Part shown: positions 32,274 through 46,501 of the stretch, piece by piece | Layout: every line of letters starts with the position of its first letter | Numbering within the stretch: position 1 is the first letter of the stretch | Assembly (NCBI GenBank): GCA_965287045.1 | Contig: OZ336890.1 | Span: 7,688,001 to 7,752,000 of the forward strand | Direction: 5' to 3' | DNA length: 64,000 nucleotides | Source of the DNA: Carcharhinus amblyrhynchos | Taxonomy: Eukaryota | Translations under genes and position numbers: made by a program | The notes under the pieces: generated by a model | The model's input: only the letters and a program-made list of their open reading frames with translations | What the model was told of the DNA's origin: nothing | Databases searched by the model: none

Positions 32274-34189
32274 CTCCAGATCCTTGAGGTGAGAAAGAAA
32301 TCTATTGCTGTAGATGTGTATGCAATTGAATAAGTAAGAGTAAAAGCAAATGAGAGGACGGTTGTACAGAAATACACAATTCTGAAGAAATAGTCATTGG
32401 AAGATGGTGTGTTTGACTGTGTCAAAGACTGCAGAGAGGCTGAGAAAGGGCAATGTCATAGAAGATATTATGTCCAATCTTATTCATGGCTATGTTGATG
32501 CTGTGGCAGTGGTGGAAAGCTGATTGGATAAAATCAAAAATAGAATTGTGGAAAAAGTGGGCATGGATTTGATTCAAGGTCTTTGTAAAGGAAAGTGATT
32601 GAAGAAGTGCCAGTACTTTTCAAGAGCAGAAGGATTAAGGATGAGTTTCTAAGAACCAAGACAGTCTCTGACAAAAGGAACCATTTGCATTGCCAGTTAA
32701 TATGGGGGCAGCAAGGGATGTTGAATGGTTGGTAATTTAGAATGGACTCTGTGGAACTGAAGATGGATTTAATGGGCAAGAGGGGTCAAGAAAGATCATG
32801 AGTTAAAATAGTGAGACTAGAGAATGATGCAATTTCAGGGTGAATTTATGTGGTTGAGGGGATTGGGGGCAAGTGAAGTTTGACTTGGTGGGCAATAGAT
32901 CCAGCAAAGTCACCTAACTAAATGGTGTCAATCTTAAGTGCAGATATTTGTGCACTCTAAGGTTCTAAGTGAAAAGAGTGGATAGTGCCGGCTAAGTTTT
33001 CAGCTAATTTTACAGGAGGGTGTAAACATACGAAGTAAAAATGCCAGCAGTTTGTCATTCAGTAGCAGTGGCTATTCTTGTGCAATGACATCTCCTCCAG
33101 AAGGTATTTATTTCTTATTATAAATACCTTTGCTTAGAAATGATTCACCCTTGCATGCCTTTGATATTGATTGGCAACATAATGGCTGAGCTTGATTTGT
33201 TCAGTCGTTGGCATTGTGCATTTCTAGCTGTGTTTCAATATAATCAGAAATAGGAGGCCTAAATGAATTTTACTCGTGCACTCAAGATGGAGGTACTGGG
33301 ATCAATTGTAGTATCATTTCTAGACTCTTACATGCGATCAGATAACAAAGCACTGACAGTGACTTTCTAGTATTAAACAGATAAACCATCTGGGAAGCTG
33401 ATGCTACTTTTCATTCAATATGCTGATGAACCTGGTCTTGTCTTGAAAATTAGATAATGTTAGTGTGACTTGGGTAGCTGCTCTTCATTTATATCTGCAA
33501 ACTAAAATAGTTGAATCATGAATGTGCATAAATGCCAAGTTGAATTTCTCAACCAATATAAAGTGCAAATTTAAACATGGGACAACTTTATCTTGCCCTG
33601 TGAGAAACAAATTTAGGTAGACAAGGTTCCAGTATATGTCATTTAATGCCTAGAGAGTTGGGTCAATAAAAACAACGCTCAGTGACATCAGCAATCACTC
33701 CTCATGGTATTGCTGCTGGAGATAAAGCTACAGTCTGAAGAGTGCATTTACTGAGGTACATAAACTGGGTTTTCTCTGTTGCTGTCATTTTAAATGGGAA
33801 GCCTTTCTGATCATCAAATTTTACTAATCCATAAAAGTTAAATGTATGTTTACTCCAAGCACAAGGTCAGCCCAGAAGTGGCTTCAATTTGGCTCTGAAA
33901 ACTTGTTTTTCTTTATGATCAGGTGAGCTTTGTGGCTTGATACCTGTTGCCTTACAAACATGATATAATATAGATGATCAGATAGATTTAGTTATGTATG
34001 AGAGCTCAGGTTTAGGCTAAAGTTCCTCAGTTACAAGTCTATTTATAACTTGCTATCAGAGATCCCTTAGTCATTAGTCAACCTTAGTTGTGGAGATATT
34101 TATCTTTTCTGCTAGCCATGTAGATCCTATGCATTGGATAAAGAAGATCATAGTATGAAGTAACTATTTTTCATTTCAAATATTCCTTA

Positions 34190-35225
34190 AAGGCATCTGA
34201 TGGGGTGCTTCATCAAAGGTTACTGCAGAAAATGAAAGCTCATGGTATAGGGGTAACATATTAGTAAGGATAGAAGATCAGCGAGCTAACAAAGAGAATA
34301 GGCATAAATAGGTAGTTTTTTGAATGACAGGACGTGACAAGTGATGTGCCACAAGAATCAGTGCTTGGGCCTCAACATTTAGAATTTATATAAATAATGT
34401 GGATGAAAGAACTAATGCTATGGTTGCTAAATTTGCTGATGACACAAGGATAGGTAGGAAACTAAGTCCTGAAGAGGATATAAGGAGGCTACAAAAGATA
34501 TAGGTAGTTTAGGATAGAAGAGCTAGGTGACTGGGCAAAAATCGGGAGATGGAGTATAACGTGGGAAAATGTGAGATTGTTCATTTTGTCAGGATGAATG
34601 AAAAAGAAGCATGTCATCTAAATAATATTGTAGGGCTCTGAAATGCAGAGGTATCTGGGTATCCTGGTGCATGAAGTTTTTATTTATTTATTGAAGTTTA
34701 TTTATTAGCATCACCAATAGGCTTAAATTAACACCGCAATGTAGTCACAGTGAAAATCCCCTAGTTGTCACACTCTGGTGCCTGTTTGGGTACACTGAAG
34801 GGAAATTTAGATGATCAATGCATCTAACCAGCACATCTTTTGGACTGTGGGAGGAAACCAGTGCAGACATGGGGAGAACATGTAGACTCTGTGCAGACAG
34901 TGACATAAGCTGTGAATTAAACTCAGGTCCCTGTGAGGCAGCAGTGCTGGCTACTGTGCCGTGAATTACTAAAGGTTAGTATATAGGTGCAGCAAGTAAT
35001 TAGCAAAGCCAATAGAATGCAAGGGGAATTGAATACAAGAGCAGGAAATTATGCTTCAGTTATACAGGGCGAAATCACATCTGGAGTATTGTATACAGTA
35101 TTGGCCGCCGCCTTTAAAGAAAGATGTAAATGCATTGGAAGCAATTGAGGGAGAGGTTTGCCAAACTAATACCTAGAATAGGCAGGTTATCTTATGAGAG
35201 AGACTAGGCTTGTATCTGCTGGAGT
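34190..35225 (+). mobile_element. Older CR1 RT fragment split by a V-SINE
   Basis: Decayed RT motifs (KFADDTRIG, MEYNVGKCEIVHF) continuing after 34962. Confidence 0.7.
34677..34961 (-). mobile_element. V-SINE (alternative tail)
   Basis: Homologous over its full length to 30688-30998 and ends in (TAAA)n. Confidence 0.85.
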
Positions 35226-35689
35226 TTGAGTTGGACACAATATTCAGTGGGTGCTTGTGTGATGTCACACTGGCACTATTTACAGGCCTACATAAGATGA
35301 AACTGTCGTGGGGGAGTTCCTGGGGTGTGAAGCTGTGGATAGAACCCAGGGGAGAGGGTAGTTATCTGGCAATGCTCCTTGGCACAGGTTGGCATCATGA
35401 CTGTCCAGAGTGGCGATCGATAATGGGGGTGTGGTGGGGCCGGTGGCGATGATTGGGGAGGATAGAGAAGTGTCAATTCCATTCAGGGGTGGGAATTCAA
35501 TGATTAAGCTGCTTCCACAATACTATAATCCTATGAGATGAAATATTTTGTGCAAAAATATCTGAAGATGTAGAAATTAACTGCTCCTTGTGCATCCTTT
35601 CTCTTCCCCATTTTCCTGTGCATCATCCTGCCTTTTTAAGTCCTCTCACTCCATCAGTCACACGTATCTGTTGCTGGCTGAGATATTTG

Positions 35690-35800
35690 TGATGTGGAGA
35701 TGGGGTAAAGACAGTAAGAAGTCTCACAACACCAGGTTAATGTCCAACCAGTTAATTTGGTAGCAAAAGCCATGAGCTTTTGGAGCACTGCACCTTTGAT
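35690..35800 (-). mobile_element. Penelope-like pseudo-LTR fragment
   Basis: gatgtggagatg..cagtaagaagtctcacaacaccaggttaa.gtccaac matches the 14096 and 50131 copies. Confidence 0.65.
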
Positions 35801-37018
35801 ATTTGACATAAAAACAAACAAAGACCTCTAGCACACTTAAGTGTCTATTGGAGATAGCAGGAAATGAGTTGATGTACTTTTTAATAATAATTTTTTATGC
35901 GTATGGGAAATTGTCTTTTCTCTTTTGTCCTGCTTGTCCATGGCAGCTCAGGAGAAATCAGAAGTGTAATGGACAGTTTTCAATTTGATTTTCAATTGCT
36001 TTTTTCATTCGAAACAATACAGTGCTGTTGAGAGAGTGAGTGGAACTAATCGTACAGTTCTTCCAAATGGTTGGTATGACATGATGGGCCAAATCGCCTG
36101 TTTATATGCTGTATGATTCTCTAATTTTATGCAAGGGCTGCTTTTTGTGCAAAAGTATAGGCTTGGCTCTCTGCATAGTGTAGTAGGAATTAATATGTAG
36201 CCACAGATAGTTATTAAATAGCTGAATGTTTTCAAATGTTGCAAAACTAACCATGGAACTTTCTCTGATTTCCTTCAGAATCTGTTTGCATTTTCATGTA
36301 ATGTTGTTGTAATATATGAAAGACTTGGGCATTTGCCTAATAACACTAAAAATAGTACACCAGCAGTGGGAGAGAGTCAAAACAGCAGGCAAGGAATGCA
36401 GGCCATCGTATGTGTTCTGCATAATCTGATGCAGAAAACTTCTTAGTTGTCCCTTCAGTTAATGGATCGAATATTTAATTTAGCTGATTGGGAAGGAGTT
36501 TAGAATTTTGTTCATTGTGTCATACTTAATGAAAGACTGGAAGTTAACGTGTGATTTGTATAATTCCTGACAAAATTATGATTTAAACTGCATGATTCTT
36601 TTTAAAGATAAAGTTTTACTGGATAAATTAGATGATTAGCTTGCCACTTTTTGTTTCTTCCAGATCTAAGTTGTTGGTTCTTATTTGCAAAGGATTGGTT
36701 ACAGCTCAGTGAAAGCCATTAAAAGTGGGCCAAGATTTAGCAATCTTAGTTGTTTTTAGTCAGATGCTGAAGCGATAGTTTGAGAATGTTATGCAGGATT
36801 CATGTATTTAAAGTATTAAGAATGAAGGGTTGCACAAACCAAGATTTCTGAATAAAATCTAATCTCTTCTAGGGATTTACACACTTATTGCAACTTTGAA
36901 GTAGTGAATAATATTTATCCCACCTGTAGAATTGCTGATTGTCTGAAAATGCCGCTGAACATTGCGGAAAAGGATCACAATGTCAAGTGGTTTTCTCGTC
37001 AGTCTAGCCTAGCAGAGA

Positions 37019-37317
37019 TGGGGAGCACAGTGGTTAGCATTGCTGCCTCTCAGCCAAGGATCCGGGTCGATTCCTGGCTTGGGTCACTATCTGTGTGGAG
37101 TTTGCACATACTCCCCATGTCTGTGTGGGTTTCCTCTGAGTGCTCCGGTTTCCTCCCACAGTTCAAAGATGTGCAGCTTGGCCATGCTAAATTGCCCTAT
37201 AGTGTCAAGGAGACCAGCTAGGGTCAGTGCATGAGGTTATGGGGATATGACCTGGATGGGGTTGTGGTCAGTGCAGATTCGATGGGCTGAATGGCCTGCT
37301 TCTGTAGTGTAAGATTG
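37019..37317 (+). mobile_element. HE1 SINE (V-SINE with HER1/CR1 tail)
   Basis: gcacagtggttagcattgctgcctc head, V core, tail gatgggctgaatggcctgcttctgtagtgta. Confidence 0.88.
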
Positions 37318-38466
37318 AGACTATTGATATTTCAGGCAACTATCAGGATTAGAATTAGACTTCTAGTTTCCAAGTTCACTGTAAACTAACCATTGCACTA
37401 ATCTTGCGTTTAGACTTGAATTTGCATGCTAAAAGTTCATGAAGAAAGAATCAGTGAAATTGGCAACTTAAAACCTAAGCATACCTACATATAAACTTAA
37501 TATGGTAACAATTGAAACCACATCTTTGAAAAGCAGTGACACCAGAAATGACATTGCTATATTTCATTTTCAATAGGAGCATGCAAATAAGTAATATGTA
37601 AAAACAAACTATTGAGATTTGCTCATCATTTGAGAACTACAGAAGAATAGTTTGCACCACAGCTAATTTATACCAATATCAAGTTTTATGAACAAGGTGC
37701 TTTGAATTGTTCCTTTCAAAAAAAAATTCACATTATCTTTTAGGATAGGGGAATTGCAATGGGCAGCTTCTCTGAGACAGTCATCCTATCTGGAATTGCT
37801 ATCTCCAAGATTTCTGCATTTCCTGAATGGTGCGCACACATTACAGATCATTGCTTGGAGTGGATTTGGACAGTCCAATTGTCCAGGCAAAGTGTCTGTA
37901 GTTAAAATAGACTAGCAAATTCCACAAATTATTTCACTGAATAATTTCAAATTTTTTTTTGCAGATTGCTCCAAGTAGCAGTACGGCAACTTCTATTTTG
38001 TATCCTGTCTATTTCTGACAGCAACAAATAAATTCATGCATGATTCTAATCTTGTTTGCCACCATTGTAGCCCTTTTATATGAGTTACCAAAAGTTGCAT
38101 GCCAGATGTGATCTCCACTGTTTTGTTCTCCCACCATGATGCATGATGGCAAAAGTTGTCAGTCATGGCAAAAAAAAGTCAGTGCTGTTGACAAATGACC
38201 ATGTATCTGGCTGTTAATTTTAACCACAGAACTTTTAAAGTCTCTAGGTAATTGGACATTTTCAAAAACAGTTCTAGGGTGCAAAGCAGTATAGAATGAC
38301 TTTTTGGGGTGAAATATATCTAAGAGGACCTTCAGTTTGCAATCCTTTTATAATGAGAATGTATGATTTAGAACCTGGTGTCCAGTGTACGTTTTGATAA
38401 TTTGTTTTAGAGATGCTGTGAGAGCTGAAGTTTTGTCAAAAGACAATGTTCTTTTGAGTTCCGATG

Positions 38467-38902
38467 TTGATTTTGATTTGATTTATTATTATTGTCATAT
38501 GTATTAACATAGTGAAAAGTATTGTTTCTTGTGCGCTATGCAAACAAAACATACCGTTCATAAAGAAAGAAATAAGAGAGTGCAGAATGTAGTGTTATAG
38601 TCATAGCTAGGGTGTAAAGAAAGATCAATTTAATGCAAGATAAAGTCCATTCAAACGTCTGATAGCAGCAGGGAAGAAGCTGTTCTTGAGTAGGTTGGTA
38701 CGTGACCTCAGACTTTTGTACCTTTTCCCCGAAGGAAGAAAGTGGAAGAGAGAATGTCCAGGGTGTGCGTGGTTCTTAATTACACTGGCTGCTCCGCTGA
38801 GGCAGCAGAAAGTGTAGGCAGAGTCAATGAATGGGAGGCAGATTTGCGTAATGGATTGGGCTACATTCATGATCTTTTGTAGTTCCTTGTGCTTTTGGGC
38901 AG
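38467..38902 (-). mobile_element. Rex1/Babar-type LINE 3' end
   Basis: HPGHSLFHFLPSGKRYKSLRSRTNLLKNSFFPAAIRRLN and tail (GATTT)n. Confidence 0.85.
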
Positions 38903-39593
38903 TTATGTTCCATGGAGTGGTAATCTGTACCATTTTAGACACGGTAGCGCACAGTGGTTTCTACCTCCGTTTCAGAAGGCATCGACCAAAAACCTGGTGC
39001 TTCCAGAGCTAAACGATCCATGAGTGTGCTTCCATCATCCATTGTTTTTGGGTTATTGATGCAAGATATTTTGAGCCATATCAAGAAAAACATGATTGAC
39101 CTAGAAGGTAATGAATTGTGACAGTAAAAATGTTGCTTGGCAAATACAGTTTTTAATAAGAGTTAATTTACAATGACTTATGGAAGAAAGACATGCTCAG
39201 AATCATTGGATATTAAAAAATATAGCATTGTGAACTTAAAAAAATTCAGAATAAGTAACAGTCAAAATGTGGAGAAAGGAATTGAAGTTAACTTCATGGC
39301 CAGAGGATCTAACTTGAAGTCCAGTATGTAAAGAATTTGATTCAACATAAAGCAATACAGCTGCCTTTGAGTTTGTTCAATTTTATAAAATAAGGATTTA
39401 TTACCTTTTGAGAACCTAAGTTGATATGTTACCATTTGTGCTACTAATTTGTTACTACCTTGTACTGTTTGAGTATTCACAGTGGAATATTGTACTTCAT
39501 CAAATTGCTCCTAAGAAGGAAAGCTGTGAATTTTTTTGCTGGTAACGTACTGATTTCTCCAATACAAGAGCGCAAACTGTTGCCTTCCTGCTG

Positions 39594-40781
39594 CATAAGA
39601 ACGTAAGAAATAGGAGCAGGACCAGGCCATCTAGCTCTTCGACCCTGCCCCGCCATTCAATAAGATCATGGTGATTTGAAGTGGATCAGTTCCACTTTCT
39701 CCCCATAACCCTTAATTCCCCTGTCTATCAAAAACCTATCTACCCATGACTTAAATATATTTAGCGAGGTAGCCTTCACCACTTCAATCCACTTCAATGG
39801 GCAGAGAATTCCAGAGATTCACCACCCTTTGAGTGAAGAAGTTCCTCCTCAACTCTGATCTAAACTGTGTCCCCCCCCCCCCCCCCCCCCCACCATCTTG
39901 CGGCTGTGTCCTCTAGTCCTGCTATCCTTTCTAAGCGGGAAGAATCTCTCTACCTCTATCCTATCCGTCCCCTTCATTATCTTATACGTCTCTATAAAAT
40001 CCCCCCTCATCTTTCTAAACTCCAACGAGTACAGACCTAGTCTAGTCGGTCTGTCTTCATAGTCCAGCCCCCTCATCTCCGGTCTTCGCCTAGTGAACCT
40101 CCTCTGCACTCCCTCCAAGGCCAATGTATCCTTCCGCGAGTGTGGCAACCAAAACTGCACACAGTACTCCAGCTGCGACCTTACCAGTACCCTATACAGT
40201 TGCAGCAAGATCTCCCTACTTTTATATTCTATCCCCCTCGCTATAAAGGCCAACATTCCATTCACCTTCTTGTTCACCTGCTGCAGCTGCAGACTGGGTT
40301 TTTGCGACTCGTGCACAAGAACCCCCAGGTCCCTCTGCACCGTAGCATGCTGCAGCTTTTTGCCTTTTAAATAATAATCCCTCCTACTATTATTTCTGCC
40401 AAAGTGGATAACCTCATGCTTGCTAACATTATACTCCGTCTGCCAGGTCCTTGCCCACTTGCTCAGCCTATCCTGATCTCTCTGCAGACTTTCCACACCC
40501 TCCATGCAATTTGCTTTTCCACTCATCTTCGTGTCATCAGCAAATTTCATCGCCCTACACTCAGCCCCCTCCTCCAGATCATCTATATAAATGGTAAACA
40601 GTTGAGGCCCCAGCACCAATCCCCGCGGCACTCCATTAGTCACCAACCGCCAACCAGAATAGCACCCGTTGATACCAACTCTCTGCTTCCTATTAGACAG
40701 CCAATCCTCTGTCCATGCTAACACCTTACCCACAACTCAGTGCACCCTAACCTTCTGTGGCAACCTTTTGAGGCAACCTTG
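39594..40781 (-). mobile_element. CR1 LINE 3' 1.2 kb (RT)
   Basis: 294-aa ORF 39849-40733 with KFADDTK and QLEYCVQFW; tail cataagaacgtaagaa. Confidence 0.92.
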
Positions 40782-41800
40782 TATTATCCAGGGCAGGCAT
40801 ATAATCAACTAATTGACGTGACAATAGTTTGTTTTACTGCTTTTAAAAAGTTCCAAAACAATTACTATAAGGATATAATTGAGTTTAACTTGAAGATGTG
40901 GCATCAAAGTTAAACCAACTTTGTAAATATAGAGTCTAAAGAGAAAATGTTCATTAATGCAGTGCCTATTACAGCCATAGGACATCAGTATAACAGTGAC
41001 TACATTTTAAAACTAATGAAGTAATTTTGTGTTAAATTAATATGACTGAGCTGCCGTGGGGTGAAAAGGAGAAACAATGTGATTTTCAGGTGAAATTGTG
41101 TGTTAATTAATTTCCACAACGTAGTTGGGTCAAGTCATTTAGCTGTTGCACCTTTAGAACAATAGTGCTACATAGCAAATATTTAATTTGCTCATGGTTG
41201 GTGGGCATCACTTAAAAGGGCAGTATTACTCATCCTTAATTGACCCTGAGACTGAACTCTGGAGTGCATTTGGTTTAGATACATCTGCAATTAGGGAGGG
41301 AGTTCCAAGATTCCAGGTTTTTGAACCAGCAAGTGAGGGAATGGCAATATAGTTCCAGACCAGGATGATGTGTGACTTGGAAGGAAATTTGGTAGTGGTG
41401 GTGTTCCCATGTGTCTGCTGTCATTGTTCTTGTAGTCAGTGGAAATTTATGGGTTTGGAAGATCCTATCAAAGGAGCCTTGGAACGTTTCTCCAGTGCAG
41501 CTTGTAAATGGCCTACTTAGCAGCCATGCTGTGATGATGGTGGAGGTGGCGTTGAATGGGTTTCCAATCAATTGGAACATTTGCTTTGAAACATGGAAAC
41601 ATAGAAAATAGATGCAGGAGTAGGCTATTTGGCTCTTTGCACCTGCATCACCATTCAGTGTGATCATGGCTGATCATGCACTTTCAGTATCCCACTCCCA
41701 CTTTCTCTCCAGGCTCCTCAGGGTAGTGTGCAAGGCCCAATCACCTTGAGCTACTTCACCAATGATCTTCCCTCCATCATTAAGCCAGAAGTGGGGATCG

Positions 41801-42057
41801 TAGAATCATAGAACCTCTACAGTGCAGAAGGAGGCCATTGACCCCATTAACTCTGCACTGGCCCTGTAAAAGAGCATCTTTACCCAGGCTCACCTTCCTA
41901 CCCATCTCTTTACTTCCACACATTTGTCATGGTTAAGCCATTTAACCTATACATTTTTGGGCAGTGAGAGGAAACCCACACAGATAAGAAGAACATGCAA
42001 ACTCCACACAATCATCTTGGTCTCTGATGCTATGAGGCAATAGTGCTGTGGCACCCC
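41801..42057 (-). mobile_element. HE1 SINE (degraded)
   Basis: Tail tagaatcatagaacctctacagtgcagaaggaggccatt; core gaggaaacccacacaga..gaacatgcaaactccacaca. Confidence 0.75.
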
Positions 42058-42712
42058 AGTTTGCTGATGAATTGTTTGGTTAAATTTGAAACTCCTTTTT
42101 GTGCATAGGACAGGTTTGAACAAGTCCTGACATTATTGGGTAGATTCCAGAGTTGTAGCTGTATTGGAACAACTTGGCCAGGAGCAGAACTAGTCTTGGA
42201 GCACACCTTGGGCACTGCAGTCATGACGTTTTCAGAGCCCATACCCTTTGCAATATCTAGTGCACTCAGTCATTTCTTTCTTGTGGAGTGAATTGATTTG
42301 GCTGAAGACTGATACGTAGACATCGGGAGGAAGCCAATATGTATAATTTACTCGTCATTTCTGGATGAAGTTGGTTGTAAATGCTTTAGCTTTGTCTTTT
42401 GTACTTGTGCTAGGCTTCCTCAACATTGAGGATGGTAATGTTAGTGGAGCTGCCTTCTCCTGTTAATTGTTTAATTGTCCACCGTCATTAATAACTATGT
42501 GACAGGACTGCAGAGCTTTCAACTAATCTGTATTAAGGGACAGTGTCATGCTGTTTATCGCATGTTGCTTCCATAGCATGCATAGTCCTATGTTGTAACT
42601 TCACCAGATTGGCATATCCATTTTTCTTAGTGCTGCTCCTGACATGTTGTCCTGTACTTATTAAATCAGGGATGGTCGCTTGGCTTGATGGTAATGGTTG
42701 AGGGGGGGAAAT

Positions 42713-44825
42713 ATAAGAACATAAGAACATAAGAAATAGGAGCAGGAGTAGGCCATCTAGCCCTTCGAGCCTGCCCCGCCATTCAATAAGATCATGGCTG
42801 ATCTGTCGTGGCTCAGTTCCACGTTCCCGCCCTCTCCCCATAACCCTTAATCCCCTCTCTTATCAAAAACCCATCAACCCGCGTCTTAAAAATATTTAGC
42901 GAGGCAGCCTCCACCACTTCAACGGGCAGAGAATTCCAGAGATTCACCACCCTTTGAGTGAAGAAGTTCCCCCTCAACTCCGTTCTAAGCCGCCCCCCCC
43001 CCCCCCTTATCTTGAGGCTGTGCCCCCTAGTCCTACTGTCCTTTGAGCGGGAAGAGTCTCTCCACCTCTATCCTATCCATCCCATTCATCATTTTATACG
43101 TCTCAATGAGATCTCCCCTCATTCTTCTAAACTCTAACGAGTACAAGCCTAGTTTATTCAGCCTCTCCTCATAGCTCAACCCCCTCAACTCCGGTATCAG
43201 CCTAGTAAACCTCCTCTGCACTCCCTCCAAAGCCAAAATATCCTTGCGTAAGTACAGCGCCCAAAACTGCACACAGTACTCCAGCTGCGGCCTCACCAAT
43301 GCCCTATACAGCCGCAGCAAGACCTCCCTACTTTTATATTCAATCCCCCTCGCTATGAAGGCCAGCATCCCATTCGCCTTCCTGACCACCTGCTGCACCT
43401 GCAAGCTGGGTTTTTGCGACTCATGCACAAGGACCCCGAGGTCCCTCTGCACCGTCGCCTGCTGCAGTTTTTCGCCACGTAAGTAATAGTTCTTCCTACC
43501 ATTATTCCTACCAAAGTGGACCACCTCACACTTGCCAACATTAAATTCCATTTGCCAGTTCCTGGCCCATTCGCCCAGCCTATCTAGATCCTTCTGCAGA
43601 CTCTCCACACCCTCCGCGCAATTTGCCGTTCCACCAATCTTGGTGTCATCAGCAAATTTCGACACCATACACTCGGTTCCCTCCTCCAGATCATCTATAT
43701 AAATGGTAAATAGTTGAGGCCCCAGCACCGACCCCTGGGGCACTCCACTAGTCACCAATCGCCAATCCGAATAGCACCCATTAACCCCCACGCTCTGCCT
43801 CCTATTTGACAACCAATCCTCTATCCACGCTAACACCCTACCCCGAACTCCATGCCCCCTTACCTTCTGCAATAACCTCTTGTGAGGTACCTTGTCAAAC
43901 GCCTTCTGAAAATCAAGAAAGACCACATCCACCGGCTCTCCTCTATCCACCGCCCTAGACACATCCTCGTAGAACTCCAATAAATTTGTCAGGCACGACT
44001 TTCCCTTAACGAAATCGTGCTGTGTCTGCTCTATCAAGCAATTCCCCTCAAGATGCCTCGCTATTTCCTCCTTGATGACGGATTCTAACATTTTACCTAC
44101 AACAGACGTTAAACTAACCGGCCTATAATTCCCTGCCTTTTGCCTGCCACCCTTCTTAAACAACGGTGTAACATTAGCTGCTTTCCAATCTTCCGGCACT
44201 TCCCCGGAATCCAGCGACGTCTGGAAAATAACCACCAAGGCATCCACTATCACCTCCGCCATTTCTTTCAGAACCCTCGGATGCATTCCATCCGGTCCTG
44301 GGGACTTGCCCACAATCAGTCCCTCCAGTCTGTCGAGCACTGCCTCTCTAGTAACAATAATGTCATTGAGACCCTCCTATCCTACCACCTTTCCATCGCT
44401 ACCACCTGGCAAATTATTCACGTCTTCCTCCGTGAAGACCGAAACAAAAAAGTTATTCAAGACCTCAGCCATTTCCCCATCCTCTACCACTAAGTCCCCC
44501 CTCTCATCCTCTAAGGGTCCAACGTTCACCCTAGCCAGCCTCTTCCTTTTTATATATTTATAAAAACTCTTGCTATCCTTTTTTATATTAAGCGCTAGCC
44601 CAGCTTCATAGTTTCTCCTACCCTTCTTTATCAACTTCTTTGTCAATCTTTGATGACATGTAAACCTCTCCCAATTCTCTTCTCGCCCACTACTCTTAGC
44701 TACTCTAAACGCCTCCGCTTTTAATTTAACACTTTCCTTCACCTCCTTCGTTATCCACGGCTTATTACCTCTCCTCCTACGGTCCTTTTTAACCATCGGA
44801 ATAAATTTCTGCTGAGCACCAAGAA
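42713..44825 (-). mobile_element. Young CR1 LINE, 5'-truncated 2.1 kb with nearly intact RT
   Basis: 435-aa open RT frame at 43033-44340 (SPGPDG, GNYRPVSLTS, GVPQGSVLGP, FADDTK), one upstream stop, CpG-rich, tail (ATAAGAAC)n. Confidence 0.95.
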
Positions 44826-46501
44826 GGGCCTGGAGGTTAGAGCCTGTGGTGGAATACAATTCTACAGTTGCTGATACCAAGTCCAGTTTTAAACTGCTAA
44901 TGTGTTCTGAATCTGACCCATTTAACATGGTGGTATTGTGATTCAACGTGATGGAGGGTGTCTTTAGTGTGAAAACAGGACTTGGTCTCCACAAGGATTA
45001 TGAAATAGTCACTTCCATAATACCGTCAAGAGCTATGTTGTGAACAAACAGAATTAAAAGGGTAATAGCCACAAGAACACAATAGAGCCGAATAATATAG
45101 GTTGAATGCAGAAGTGCCAGTCTGACTCAGTTGGTACCATGGTTACCGAGGAACCTGAAAATATAAGATGACACCCCACCAAGATTTGACCACAGTTTGT
45201 CTGAACCTACAGTCTAGTGGTACTGGAAAAATGCTACATTATCAAAAGTGCTTCCCTTTAAGTGAGATGTTAAAGCAACAAATACAACTAGACTGGGCGA
45301 TACACATAATCATACTTTGGAAGTTACTATAATCTGGCACCATATTAGAGGAATCATCAGCAGAGGTCAAAATTTCCCACATCTCAGATGTTGCTCATAC
45401 TTCAAGAATAAGTAAAAATAAGTTGTACAATGTTGTGCCCGATCTAAATCTAACTGGAACGATAGGAAGCAGAAGTGTGCAAAACAAATGGTCACCATGA
45501 ACCATGGAATGGGAGGGTGCAAATTTGATTTTTCTCTGTTCTGTCCTGATCGAGTAGATTGCAGTTGCTCAGCGTTCGAGAGCTAGATGGCCAAACTATA
45601 GGTTTTATACACCTCCTGGTGGCTGGCCTAAGAGTAGAAGTAGCCAGTATTCTAATAAAAGGCCAACTGTTCATTCTGTCATCTGTGGCACAGGAGAGGA
45701 TATGAAGGGGATGAAGTGAGGAATATTTGAAGGAGCAAAATTTGCCCGTAGTTTATAAAACCTGGATTTCAGATCAACTTTGTATGGCTAGGGTATGTTA
45801 GCAGTCAGTTGTCAATTGACAGCATGGTTTTAAAAGTTTTACCACATTTAGTCTAAATCACGGCAATAACACATTATGCTTAGGTGTTCTTAACCAATTC
45901 CATTATTTTTGTGTATAGTTTCTTGCTACAACAGCCCACACTGATCCCATATTTTCATCAGAATTGATATGTTTGAAGATTTTTAGAATTGAATTTGTTG
46001 AATCTTAAATAATTCATTTCTGTAGTTATTTTTCTCTCCCATGAGGATACTGTCTAGCCAGAGAATCTATCCCAGACTCTGTTCAAGATAATTTCTCTTT
46101 ACTTGTATCTGAGAGGCTATTAATGCACTATATAAACCTGACTGGGTTCCTTTGATCAAACAGTACTTACAAAGAGTGAACAAAATGCTTGGCACACAGC
46201 CGCTTTTAAGGGAAAAAAATCATTACCTACATATCCTTTTAAGTTTAGTCTCAGTGGCAGTCTTCATTATTGTGCATAAATATGTACTTAGCAGGCTATT
46301 TACTGTGTGTTCGTTGATCTGTATACACTAATGGACAACAAAATGAATTGAGTAAGATGGCAGGAAAAATCAAAATATGAAACAATCCCGTCAGCAAACT
46401 TGCCGGATCTTCATGAAGTGCAGATGCTCAAACCATAAGGATCTCTGGTCTCTACTCATTTGCAGAGTATTGTGCACGAATATCTTACAACTCGCCCTAC
46501 A

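Larger units (their letters stand above)
29975..33000 (-). mobile_element. Old L2-like LINE remnant interrupted by a V-SINE and a CR1
   Basis: Purine-rich decayed sequence (aggatgaaacttttaaact, gagtcattgtaagtcag, ttttggatgagg, gactgtgtcaaagactgcagagagg) flanking the two inserts. Confidence 0.5.
41180..45030 (-). mobile_element. Degraded tRNA-headed-family LINE body hosting three younger inserts
   Basis: Collinear pieces at 41180-41580, 41715-41800, 42075-42712 and 44826-45030, interrupted by a CR1 tail (41590-41714), an HE1 SINE and a young CR1. Confidence 0.6.

Noticed and set aside
43033-44340. 435-aa reverse transcriptase ORF as a domesticated or functional gene
   Set aside because: It is 5'-truncated (no endonuclease), has an upstream stop and a C-terminal frameshift, and is near-identical to other young copies. 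Openness reflects youth.
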